The notes under the pieces are model-generated. The model searched no databases, was not told the DNA's origin, and worked only from the letters and a program-made list of their open reading frames with translations. From contig MU053073.1 in the NCBI GenBank assembly GCA_013239625.1, positions 1-33,981 of the forward strand: DNA of 33,981 nt. Direction: 5' to 3'. Below are positions 33,156-33,981 of this stretch, piece after piece. Source of the stretch: Lama guanicoe (taxonomy: Eukaryota). Position 1 is the first letter of the stretch. Every line of letters begins with the position of its first letter. A program made the translations under genes and the position numbers.

Positions 33156-33387
33156 GCTGAAAAGAAATGACACTAATTAATAACAAATGTTTTTCTTAGA
33201 GAACAAGGCACAGATGTTCCACTTAGCACTTACCTGCCTAATCCTGGGACCAGCAGAGGAAGCGAGGGAGCCGAAGAAAGGCGAGAAATATGAGGGGACC
33301 GCTGGTCCCCGTGCTCCGGGCTCCTCTGTGCCGCTGGCTCTTTCATCCGCAGCAAGTTCTCAGGGGGTGTTCTCACCTCCTTGTTGG

Positions 33388-33628
33388 TGTTGCGACACCA
33401 CGTACACATACACACTGTATGCGGAGAGGGCTGATGGCTACTCTGAAGCCTTATTGCGTTACACGGTCTTATACAGCAAAGAAGAACGACAAGGGTTATG
33501 GTTGACAGGCAGTGTCTGGCTCAAGGTCAGAAGACCCTTCATGTTTTGGTAAATCATGTTCGTGTTGGCACCAGCGAGCCTTACAGCTTATCAGGGTGGA
33601 ACATACGAGAAACGACTGCTTCACAACA
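33388..33628 (-). mobile_element. short LTR-like element
   Basis: TG...CA ends with 7/8 inverted termini (TGTTGCGA / TCACAACA); on the minus strand TATAAGA is followed by CAATAAG. Confidence 0.4.
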
Positions 33629-33981
33629 TTCTTCTTGGACTCAGGCGGCTGTGCCTGTCTCAGGTTGCACCCCCCTGGGGATCTTACCCATCCTTGGCTA
33701 ACCAGCCTTCTCACCTGAGTCTGCAACTTTCTATCACTTGTTTACCATTCCGGCTCAAGGCTCATTCCTTTGTTCCCACAGTCGGGGGCCTACGCTCCTC
33801 TGTCCCTTTGGCCATGGAGACTCTGAGACGGTGGTAATGTAACTGGAGTCACCCGGATTCTGCCGAGAGGGCTGCCTGAATGCTGGTGATGGCTCCACTG
33901 TATCAAACTGCCTCTTTAACAGAGCATGGCTGGGGGCTAGCAGGTATGTATCACTGTATTTAAAATAGATAAACAACAAGG

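Overview
Mammalian genomic window, probably camelid (it carries a tRNA-derived SINE that looks like Vic-1). It holds the complete coding region of TSPOAP1 (BZRAP1 / RIM-binding protein 1) on the + strand. I reconstructed 31 coding exons by hand from ATG 3308 to TAG 25452. All have GT-AG boundaries and consistent phases, totalling 5580 nt (1859 aa): N-terminal coiled coils, SH3, three FN3, an acidic low-complexity region, two more SH3, and C-terminal RTRRRRVQC. Also present are a likely promoter (~2330-2460), an intragenic CpG island, ancient repeats (MIR, L2, MLT1, L1MC, MER5, ERV LTR-like), a decayed L1 ORF1 and a 579-nt N gap. I see no new gene system. The most unusual signals are: (i) a 107-bp, 104/107-identical direct duplication bracketing the coding region (16-122 and 26805-26911); (ii) a perfect AG|GTGAGT recursive-splice-site motif at the start of in-frame exon 4, with RBFOX motifs downstream; (iii) a 21-nt one-heptad microexon; (iv) a stop-introducing cryptic acceptor before exon 11; (v) a 3'UTR intron 32 nt after the stop codon. 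Repeat boundaries are by eye and approximate, and family names and human comparisons are from memory, not from a search.
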